A stretch of DNA of 33,236 bases from contig WGBK01000432.1 in NCBI GenBank assembly GCA_015494335.1, forward strand, positions 1 to 33,236, read 5' to 3'. The notes beneath the pieces are model-generated. The model was not told the DNA's origin and did no database searches. It worked only from the letters and a program-made list of their open reading frames with translations. Within the stretch, counting starts at the first letter, position 1. The number at the start of each line of letters is the position of its first letter. This DNA comes from Gammaproteobacteria bacterium. Lineage in GTDB: Bacteria > Pseudomonadota > Gammaproteobacteria > GCA-001735895. Shown here piece by piece: positions 18,013 through 25,375 of the stretch. The position numbers and the translations under genes were made by a program.

Positions 18013-20288
18013 GGATTCAGCACCTCGATCCGCTGCGCCACCTGGTCGGCATCAAAGGTCGCCAGTACCCGGTCACGACTGGCCAGGGCACGACGATAGT
18101 ACTCGACCGCCACCTCGGGCTTGCCCAGGTGCTCCAGGCTGACCGCCAGGTTGTAGGCGGCATTGGCATCGTCGGGTTTGCGCTGCAGGGCCTGGAAGTA
18201 GGCCGCCTGCGCCTCGGCCCAGCGCTGCTGGCGGCTGTACATGTTGCCGAGGGTGAAGTAGAGATAGGGCGCGTCGGGCTGCTCCCTCAGCATTTCCTTG
18301 ATGCGCGTCTCGCCGTTCTGCGGGTCGATGTTGGCGACGGCGAGCAGCGACGCCATGGCCTCGCTGTCCTTCGGGTTCAGCAGCAACAGGCGCTGGTAGA
18401 GCTCGATGGCGCGGTTGTAGTCACCATCCTGCACCTCGATGGCGGCCATGCCGAGCAGGGCATCGCGGTTGTCGGGGTCGAGAGCCAGTACCTGGGCATA
18501 GCGTCGGCGCGCCTCGGACAGATCACCCTGTTCGTAGGCCCCGTAGGCTTCGTTGAGCAGGCGGTCCTTGTCGTCGATGCGCTCGCTGCTGCTCAATTTC
18601 AACCGGGCCGGGCGGGATTCAGTCGGCGCGGCGGCGGTTTCGGCGGATTTTTCCGCGGCCGGCACCGCAGCCGCGGAGCGGGATGTCGCTGCAGACGGAG
18701 ACTCGGCCTTGCGTTCCTGACCCATGGGCTTCGCGGGCTGCGGTTCCACTGCGGTTCCGGTCTCGACCCCGGTCGCGCCGGAATCTGCGATCTCGGTCCC
18801 TGGTCGGGTCGACGCTGCAGTGGTTTCCGGCGTTTCGGGCTGATCCGCCGAGGCCAGGGTCACACCCTTGGCATCGCCGCCGACCGGTTTTGCGAAGAGG
18901 TCGATTTTCTCTTCCCTGGGCGGCTGGATCACGCCAGGCATCGGATCCCGCTTGAGACGCGCCAGGCTGTTGTCGATGCGATCGGATTCATCGCTGAGGT
19001 CGTACAATGCCCACAGACCCACCATCATCAGCAACAACAACGCCATGCCGCCCATCCATTTCAGGTAGCGGCCACGGTGCTGCGACGACTTGCTCATGAA
19101 CACCTTTTTCGCGTAGTCGGGCGTCATCACCGCGCCAGGCTCCGGCTTGATGCCGGGGAAAATCCGCGATACATCGCTGTCGGACAGCTTGATCAGGGTG
19201 CGATCGTAGTTGTCCGGCGCATAGCCTCCGCGTCCGGTGGTGGAGGTCGTTGCACCCAGGGTCTGCTCGTTGGTCAGGCGGTCGATATCGACGGAGGCCG
19301 TCGGGGATTCCGGGTTGATGATCGTCGACTGCTCGTCATCATCGATCGGCGCAGACGAACCCGGATCATCGACGCGCCCGCCCGGCATCGGCCGGCCGCT
19401 GTGGGTGGTATCGTCCAGAGCCCGCTGGGCGCGTTCCTCGGGATTGGTCAGGGTGGTGTCGTCGGAGCCCAGATCGCTGGCGGAGCGATCGAGATCGTCC
19501 AGGCTGACCGGGCGCATCTCGACGGTGCGGGTCGCGGCGGTGGCGTCGATGCCCGAGGCATCGGAGGAGTCGGCGCCATCGCCCATGAAGGCGGTGACAT
19601 CGTCCTGGGTCAGTTCGGGTTGCGACGCGGCCCGCAGGCGGGCCAGTTCCTCGGCGCTGAACTCGTCGGTCTCGATCAGCGTATTGCCGTCTCGATCAAT
19701 GGGAATGCTGTCGTCCATGACCAGCAGGGTCGGGTCGGTGCCCTGATCGACGGCCGAGAATTCCGTAGTGTCGGAGGACAGGTGGGTTTCGGAAAGATCG
19801 TCGTCGGCCTGTTCACCCGGCCCCTGGTCGAAACGCTCGGTTTCGGTCCAGGCTCCGCCGGTCGAGGTTTCGTCCTCCCGGTTCGGCATCCCGGTTTCAC
19901 CGACCGGGCGGGTTTCATCGTGATCGGCAGCCTCCATGCGCTCGGTTTCGACAAAGCCTTCGTTGACCTCGGTGGAATCGACCTCGGTGGCATCGATGAG
20001 GGTGGTGTCGACGAGCGTCTGCTCGAACTCGCCCGCGTCCATGCGCTCGGTGCGGGTGTAGGTTTCGGTGACCTCGGTCTCGTCGTGCCGCCGGGTTTCG
20101 GTCAGGTCCCGCTCCGTCTCGGTGGTGTCCACTTCGGTGGCATCGATTCGCTGGGTGCGGGTCATGGCCTCGGTTTCGTCGACGCGGGTGGTCTCGGCAG
20201 AGGCCGCATCCGTATCGCCCTCGGCCTGGCCGCTCTTCTGCGCCTTCTTCTCGGCCGCTTTCTTGAGTGCGTCTAAGAGTAAACTCAT
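18009..20288 (-). CDS. Bitopic protein: GspB-like N-terminus, ~400-aa acidic Thr/Glu/Asp-rich region, TM, Pro/Ala/Thr linker and C-terminal TPR domain (MshN-like position), 759 aa
   Basis: ATG 20288 is preceded by GGAGG. The N-terminus MSLLLDALKKAAEKK resembles the MSYILDALRKA start of GspB/ExeB proteins (from memory). Degenerate repeats occur (IDATEVDTTETER...HDET, IDATEVDSTEV..ETER...HDET). TM MGGMALLLLMMVGLWALY. TPR-like C-terminus (YGAYEQGDLSEARRRYAQVLALDPDNRDALLGMA...). Confidence 0.7.
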   Translation of the reverse strand: MSLLLDALKKAAEKKAQKSGQAEGDTDAASAETTRVDETEAMTRTQRIDATEVDTTETERDLTETRRHDETEVTETYTRTERMDAGEFEQTLVDTTLIDATEVDSTEVNEGFVETERMEAADHDETRPVGETGMPNREDETSTGGAWTETERFDQGPGEQADDDLSETHLSSDTTEFSAVDQGTDPTLLVMDDSIPIDRDGNTLIETDEFSAEELARLRAASQPELTQDDVTAFMGDGADSSDASGIDATAATRTVEMRPVSLDDLDRSASDLGSDDTTLTNPEERAQRALDDTTHSGRPMPGGRVDDPGSSAPIDDDEQSTIINPESPTASVDIDRLTNEQTLGATTSTTGRGGYAPDNYDRTLIKLSDSDVSRIFPGIKPEPGAVMTPDYAKKVFMSKSSQHRGRYLKWMGGMALLLLMMVGLWALYDLSDESDRIDNSLARLKRDPMPGVIQPPREEKIDLFAKPVGGDAKGVTLASADQPETPETTAASTRPGTEIADSGATGVETGTAVEPQPAKPMGQERKAESPSAATSRSAAAVPAAEKSAETAAAPTESRPARLKLSSSERIDDKDRLLNEAYGAYEQGDLSEARRRYAQVLALDPDNRDALLGMAAIEVQDGDYNRAIELYQRLLLLNPKDSEAMASLLAVANIDPQNGETRIKEMLREQPDAPYLYFTLGNMYSRQQRWAEAQAAYFQALQRKPDDANAAYNLAVSLEHLGKPEVAVEYYRRALASRDRVLATFDADQVAQRIEVLNP

Positions 20289-20314
20289 GGGTAGCCTCCG
20301 CTGACCTGACCCGG

Positions 20315-21859
20315 TTATTCGCTCTTGCGTTCCGGGGTCAGGAAGCGCTTGTAATCCCTGAAGTCGGTGTTCAGGCTGGCATTACGCACTACCCGGGGCC
20401 GCAGGAAGATCACCAGCTCGGTCTTGCGATACTTGCGGGACTTGGTGCCGAACAGGTAACCGAAACCTTCCACATCCTGCAGACCGGGAATGCCGCGGTG
20501 GCCCTCGTCGGTGGTATCCTGCATCAGACCTCCGATGACGGCGGTATTGCCGTTGGCGACACGCAACACCGACTCCATCTCGCGCACCTGGATCTCCGGC
20601 ACCTTGTTGGAGACACCGGCCGCGGCCAGCGCCGGGTTGGGCGTATCTATGAACTGAAGGATGCGCGACAGGGTCGGCCGGATATTGAGAATCACTTCAT
20701 CGTTCTCGGTGATATAGGGCGTCACATTCATGACGAAACCGACCGGAACCGTGTGGATCGTAGTGGTGTAGGTGGTTTTGGCGGCGCTGTTGTTGGTGGC
20801 TTCCTTCTCCTCGACCTCGGTGGTGAAATAGACCCGGTTATCGACCACCTTGAGTACTGAGGTCTGGTTGTTCAGTGCCATGATCTTGGGGCTGGACATG
20901 ACCGAGACATCGCCGAACTGATGCAGTGCGCGGATCGAGGCGCTGATCGCGCGATCGCTGTTGCTGTTGGTGTAAGTAGCCGCGAGGAACGGGGCTACAC
21001 CCAGATTGCCGGCCAGCGTGCTTTGCTGGAAGCTCCAGCCATTGCCTTGGGCCAGTCGCGCCCAATCCACGCCGGCCTGGAACTCGTCATTGAGCGTGAC
21101 CTCGACCACCGTGGCCTCGATCAGTACCTGCTTGCGCGCATTGGCCAGCACCTGGTCGAGAAAGTTCTGGATCGAACGATGTGCCGACTCGGTGGCGGTG
21201 ACCAGGATGGTGCCGGTCTCGCGGTGGGAAACCACCGAACCTCCCTCGGCCAGCGCTGTCAGGTTACTCTCCAGGCTCTTCCAGAACTCGTTGACGGCGG
21301 TATTGCTGACCGTCGTCGAGGAATTGCTGCCGCCGCCCCCGCCCTCGGTGGTGCCAGGCGAGGCGATCTGGGTGTTGACCGACACGTCGGAGGCGGTCTT
21401 GCGCGCCATGTTGAGGTAGTCGATGCGGTACACTCGGGTGAAGGGGCGGTCGCGCTCAACGATCAGGTTGGGGCCGTCCAGGGTATAGCGCAGCTTCACC
21501 TGGCGCGCAATCCGCTTGAGAATCTGCGGCAGGGTCTGGTCGATGGCGTTGATGCTGACCTTGCCCTCGATGGCCGGATCGATGTCGAGGTTGAGACGGG
21601 CATCGCGGGCCAGTGCGAACAGCAGGTCCCGCGCCGGGAGGTCGGTGGCCACGACGGTGAAGGTCTGCAGCTTCTTCGACGGTTTCGGCGGTGTCACGAT
21701 CGGGGCGCTGTCCACCACCGGCGGAATCGTCTGGTCGACCACCTGGGGAATGGGTTCGTTGACATGGCCGACCGGCTTCATGCGCTCGTCCTTGGCCGGA
21801 AAGGTGGTGCTGCAACCCGCCAGGGTCAGCAAGATCACGATAGAGAGGATGTATTTCAT
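20315..21859 (-). CDS. Outer-membrane secretin, lipoprotein form (MshL-like), 514 aa
   Basis: Lipobox LTLAGC at residues 11-16, an N-domain region (FTVVATDLPARDLLFALARDARLNLDIDPAIEGKVSI) and a secretin C-domain (VLKVVDN...VLRVANGNTAVIGGLMQD...GIPGLQDVEGFGYLFGTKSRKYRKTELVIFLRPRVV). Confidence 0.9.
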   Translation of the reverse strand: MKYILSIVILLTLAGCSTTFPAKDERMKPVGHVNEPIPQVVDQTIPPVVDSAPIVTPPKPSKKLQTFTVVATDLPARDLLFALARDARLNLDIDPAIEGKVSINAIDQTLPQILKRIARQVKLRYTLDGPNLIVERDRPFTRVYRIDYLNMARKTASDVSVNTQIASPGTTEGGGGGSNSSTTVSNTAVNEFWKSLESNLTALAEGGSVVSHRETGTILVTATESAHRSIQNFLDQVLANARKQVLIEATVVEVTLNDEFQAGVDWARLAQGNGWSFQQSTLAGNLGVAPFLAATYTNSNSDRAISASIRALHQFGDVSVMSSPKIMALNNQTSVLKVVDNRVYFTTEVEEKEATNNSAAKTTYTTTIHTVPVGFVMNVTPYITENDEVILNIRPTLSRILQFIDTPNPALAAAGVSNKVPEIQVREMESVLRVANGNTAVIGGLMQDTTDEGHRGIPGLQDVEGFGYLFGTKSRKYRKTELVIFLRPRVVRNASLNTDFRDYKRFLTPERKSE

Positions 21860-21896
21860 TGTTGTTCCCAGTCCGTATAACCGCCACTATGATAAT

Positions 21897-23693
21897 TCAC
21901 GCGATCCCCGCTTGCCCGTCCGGCCGCGGAGGTTCGCGCCTGCCCGCCGGCGTCTTTGCGCCGACTCGTCCTTCCATTCCTGCCGCCTTTCGGCGACCCT
22001 GCAACAGCACCTGCTGCATGCGGTAGATCGAATGCAGGTAGGGCTGGTTGACCTGTATCGCCGGGGGCAGCTCACGGACTGCCTGTTGCCCGGCCGTAAT
22101 GGTCGGATACTCGCCGTAGAATACTCGAAAGATATCCCCCGATGGCTTGCTCACTTCAAACAGGTAGGTCTTGTCGAGATCCAGCGGCCACTCCCTGAGC
22201 AGGTAGTTTTCCAGCTCCTGCGCCGCGGCCCGGTTCCGCACCATCACCTGTATCGATACGCCCTGACGGTCGGCCTGCTCCAGCCAGGCCCGGCTCTGTT
22301 CCAACTTTTTCTGCAGCCAGCCCTGCGGTGCCTGCGATTCCGGCCCCGCCGTCCTGGTGGCCCCGGCAATCGCATCCGGAGCAGCAACAGGGGCGCTCGA
22401 GGTATCTCTTGAAGTCCCCGGCACAACAGCCTGATTTGCATTAACTTTATCAAGTTTATCGCCCCTCAGTGCGTTTTTTTTTGAACCAGCCGGCATTTCC
22501 TCGAGGCTTGCAGTACCGGGCCTTGCAGCTTCAGACTCGTCGGGGCTGTCGCCGGAAAGCTTTTTCGATGCCCCCTCGGCCCGGGAATCCGGTTTTGTGC
22601 TCCTGAAGGCATTGTTTTGCGGCGCCGGCTCGTTGCCGGGGGATAAAGGCGAGTCGACCGCCTGCGGCACCGGCTCCGCTCTGGCAGGATTGCCCTGACG
22701 GTTCGTAGTGGCCACAGACTGGTTTTCGGCGGGCGCAACCGCGGCGACAGGCCCGGTCACCGGCGATGCCAGGCCGAGCCACTGCGGTTGCAGCTTGTAG
22801 ATCGTCAGCAGGGCGATCAGCAACAGGATCAAACCCAGCAGGGACCAGAACAGCGGGCCGTGTCGGCTGCGTTCGATGCCGAGCCGGGTGAAGCCGCTGT
22901 CTTCCACCGCCTCGCGGAGATGCTTCGAGGTCAGGGTATGGGTGTCGCTGGCATAGGCCGCCAGCAGCATCTTGTCGGCCAGGATATTGACGCGGCGCAG
23001 CAAGCCCTCGGAATGATGGGCAATCTGCTTCGCCAGCTTGCGGTTGATCAGCTCGGGGCCAGTGTAACCGACCTCGCGCATGCGGAAATTGAGATAGCGG
23101 TGGATCTCTTCGGCATCCAGCGGCGCCAGCTTGAACTCGTGAGTGATGCGCTCGCGCAACTGGCGGATGGACTTCTTCGACAGGTTCTCGTCCAGCTCCG
23201 GCTGGCCGAACAGGATGATCTGCAGCAGCTTGTGCTGATCCGTCTCCAGGTTGGACAGCAGGCGGATCTCCTCGAGGGTTTCCAGCGGCATGCCCTGGGC
23301 TTCCTCGATGAACAGCACCACCTGGCGGTCCTCGGCATGACGCTTGAGCAGATAGTTCTGCAACTGCGCCACCAGCTCGTGCTTGGAGGCATCGCGGTCG
23401 ATGTCGAAATGCAGCTCGCTGGCGATGACGAACAGGATGTCTTCCGGCGACACGCTGGGGTTGGCGATGTAGATGATCTCCACATCCTGCGGCAGGATCT
23501 GCTGCAGCATGCGGCAGAGCATGGTCTTGCCGCTGCCGACCTCGCCCACCACCTTGACGATACCCTCGCCACGCTGCACCGCATAGGCCAGCGCCGCGAG
23601 AATGTCGCCGCGCCGTCCGCCCTCATAGAAAAGCGAGGTGTCCGGCGTGATGCGGAAGGGCGGCCGGTTCAGGCCGAAGTATTCTTCATACAT
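21897..23693 (-). CDS. ExeA/GspA/MshM-like AAA+ ATPase fused to a TM segment, a long low-complexity linker and a SPOR-like C-terminal domain, 598 aa
   Basis: N-terminus MYEEYFGLNRPPFRITPD, Walker A GEVGSGKT, Walker B VVLFIEEAQ, and LFGQPEL. TM LFWSLLGLILLLIALLTI at about residues 282-300. After a ~170-aa Pro/Ala/Ser-rich linker comes GVSIQVMV...IFRVFYGEYPTITAGQQAVRELPPAIQVNQPYLHSIYRMQ, which parallels DamX-type SPOR domains ([40 protein letters not shown], from memory). Confidence 0.85.
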   Translation of the reverse strand: MYEEYFGLNRPPFRITPDTSLFYEGGRRGDILAALAYAVQRGEGIVKVVGEVGSGKTMLCRMLQQILPQDVEIIYIANPSVSPEDILFVIASELHFDIDRDASKHELVAQLQNYLLKRHAEDRQVVLFIEEAQGMPLETLEEIRLLSNLETDQHKLLQIILFGQPELDENLSKKSIRQLRERITHEFKLAPLDAEEIHRYLNFRMREVGYTGPELINRKLAKQIAHHSEGLLRRVNILADKMLLAAYASDTHTLTSKHLREAVEDSGFTRLGIERSRHGPLFWSLLGLILLLIALLTIYKLQPQWLGLASPVTGPVAAVAPAENQSVATTNRQGNPARAEPVPQAVDSPLSPGNEPAPQNNAFRSTKPDSRAEGASKKLSGDSPDESEAARPGTASLEEMPAGSKKNALRGDKLDKVNANQAVVPGTSRDTSSAPVAAPDAIAGATRTAGPESQAPQGWLQKKLEQSRAWLEQADRQGVSIQVMVRNRAAAQELENYLLREWPLDLDKTYLFEVSKPSGDIFRVFYGEYPTITAGQQAVRELPPAIQVNQPYLHSIYRMQQVLLQGRRKAAGMEGRVGAKTPAGRREPPRPDGQAGIA

Positions 23694-23770
23694 GGGTCAT
23701 GTCATCCTGGTCTCGCTCCATGATAATCGCGGGACCGGCCACGGAAACGCGCGCTGGTGCACAAAGCCGC

Positions 23771-25192
23771 TCACTCGTCATCGTTTTGCGCCTCCGCCGC
23801 CTCGGCACCGCCGACGCGCTCCAGGCGTCCGTACAGGGTGGAACGGTTGATACCCAGCAGCTCGGCCGCCCGGCTCATATTGTTGTCGCTCTGGCGCAAC
23901 GCGAGTTCGATCCATTCGCGCTCGATGCGCTTGAGGGCGTCGCCGAGCTGGAATCCGGGTTGCCGCAACTGCTCGTGCAGCCACTGTTCCGACTGCTCCA
24001 CACCCTTCGCCGCCGGCTGCACGCCCGCCGGCTGCAGTTCCTGATGCAGAACTTCCCGCTTGATGGTCTGCCCCGGGTATTTTGCCGACAGACGGATCAC
24101 CACATTGCGCAGTTCTCGCACATTGCCCGGAAACTCGTGCTGCAACCAGAGTTCGCGGGCCTCGTCGTCGAGACGAAAGCTTCCCGCCCCGTCCGGCGCC
24201 TGGCGCTGGAAATAGTCGAGCAGCAACAGCTTGTCGCCGTCGCGTTCCCGCAGTGCCGGAACACGCAGGGTCAAGACGCTGAGACGATGGTAGAGATCCT
24301 CGCGGAAACGGCCCTCGGACACCGCCTGCAGCAGATCCTTGTTGCTCGCCGCCAGCACCCGACAGCGTGCCTGCCGCGGCCGGGTCTCACCAAGACGATA
24401 GAACTCGCCATTCTCCAGCACGCGCAGCAGCTTGGCCTGCAGATCCAGCGGCAGGTCGGCGATCTCGTCGAGCAGCAGGGTTCCAGCCCCCGTCTCTTCG
24501 AAGAAACCGGGGCGCGCTTCCCGGGCCCCGGTAAAGGCGCCCCGGGCATGGCCAAACAGCTGAGACTCGAGCAGCTCGCCATTGAAGGCGGCGCAGTTGA
24601 GTGTCAGAAAGGGTTCCGCCGAGCGGCGGCTGAAGCGGTGCAGGCTCAGCGCCACCAGTTCCTTGCCGCTGCCGGATTCGCCCTGGATCAGCAGCGGATA
24701 GGGCGAATCGGCGAGCTGCAGGATCTGTTCGCGCAGCAGCTCGATGGCCGGACTCTGGCCGATGATGCCCATGTCCTCGTCGGCGGGACGGCTCGGTTCC
24801 TGATCCCTTTCCAGTTGCCGCTTGAGCCGCATTTTCAGCTCCGCGACATCGCAGGGCTTGGGGATGAAATCCGCCGCCCCGAGTTGCAGGGCCCGTTCGA
24901 CCTGAGCGCGATCGTCCTGCCCCGAGAGCACCAGGATACGCGTTTGCGGAAACTTGCGGTGCAGATGCTCGATCACCGCCAGGCCCTCGTCGGGCAGGTG
25001 AGTGTCCGGCGGCAAGCCCAGGTCCACAAGCGCCAGCATCGGCGCCGGATCCATGCGCTGCAGCAGTTCGATGGCAGCGGGCCGATCCTCGGCCACTTCG
25101 ACCTGGAAGTCGGAGCTCAGCACGTACTTCAGGCTTTCGGCGATGATCGCATCGTCATCGACGATCAGCAGCGAAGAGTGATCGCGGTTCAT
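23771..25192 (-). CDS. Sigma54-dependent two-component response regulator (NtrC family), 473 aa
   Basis: The ATG at 25192 gives MNRDHSSLLIVDDD. The track start at 25366 is an unsupported extension. Receiver with LVDLGLPPD, Walker A GESGSGKE, GAFTGA loop, Walker B TLLLDEIADL and C-terminal HTH NMSRAAELLGINRSTLYGRL. The DLGLPPD...EG receiver pattern resembles PrsR-type regulators (from memory). Confidence 0.92.
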   Translation of the reverse strand: MNRDHSSLLIVDDDAIIAESLKYVLSSDFQVEVAEDRPAAIELLQRMDPAPMLALVDLGLPPDTHLPDEGLAVIEHLHRKFPQTRILVLSGQDDRAQVERALQLGAADFIPKPCDVAELKMRLKRQLERDQEPSRPADEDMGIIGQSPAIELLREQILQLADSPYPLLIQGESGSGKELVALSLHRFSRRSAEPFLTLNCAAFNGELLESQLFGHARGAFTGAREARPGFFEETGAGTLLLDEIADLPLDLQAKLLRVLENGEFYRLGETRPRQARCRVLAASNKDLLQAVSEGRFREDLYHRLSVLTLRVPALRERDGDKLLLLDYFQRQAPDGAGSFRLDDEARELWLQHEFPGNVRELRNVVIRLSAKYPGQTIKREVLHQELQPAGVQPAAKGVEQSEQWLHEQLRQPGFQLGDALKRIEREWIELALRQSDNNMSRAAELLGINRSTLYGRLERVGGAEAAEAQNDDE

Positions 25193-25227
25193 GACAGGCG
25201 GGGCTGCGGCAGGGGGTTCATCCGGCC

Positions 25228-25256
25228 AGTATAGTGTCGAAATATCGACATGACAA
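25228..25256 (-). promoter_or_regulatory. Candidate sigma70 promoter of the response-regulator gene, with a 16-bp palindrome in the spacer
   Basis: Minus strand: TTGTCA (25256-25251), a 17-nt spacer, then TATACT (25233-25228). The spacer contains the perfect inverted repeat TGTCGA-NNNN-TCGACA (25235-25250). The -10 element ends 36 nt upstream of ATG 25192. Confidence 0.45.
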
Positions 25257-25375
25257 ACCTTGATCTCAGGAAATCCACGGATCTCGTTGTTTTGAAAGGA
25301 TTTCTCTTCGATGGCAGGCACAGAACACAAACCGGGAGCATCATTTTCGACCCGCTTCGGGTTCAAGCGATGCCC

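Noticed and set aside
19930-20160. Recurrent DNA strings in the acidic-region coding sequence (catgcgctcggt at ~19934 and ~20040; cggtggcatcgat at ~19985 and ~20134). These could be a tandem repeat or a CRISPR-like array.
   Set aside because: The periods are inconsistent (about 106 nt versus about 149 nt) and the copies are short and diverged. They simply reflect the degenerate IDATEVD/TERM peptide duplications inside one continuous ORF. There is no repeat-spacer structure.
13454-20276. Very long plus-strand ORFs antisense to cluster-A genes (13454..16300, 948 aa; 16366..18099, 577 aa; 17982..20276, 764 aa). Similar cases elsewhere include 942..2168 (-), 2812..3669 (-), 3552..4655 (-), 7326..8558 (-), 7529..9541 (+), 22788..23723 (+), 23699..25234 (+), 28846..30171 (+), 30171..31622 (+) and 31594..33138 (+).
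   Set aside because: These are typical shadow ORFs of high-GC DNA. Their products are Arg/Ala/Gly/Pro/His/Asp/Leu/Gln/Val-rich low-complexity sequences without any recognisable motif. Each lies opposite, or in an alternative frame of, a gene with strong family signatures (Walker boxes, secretin, GspF repeats, glutamine synthetase motifs).
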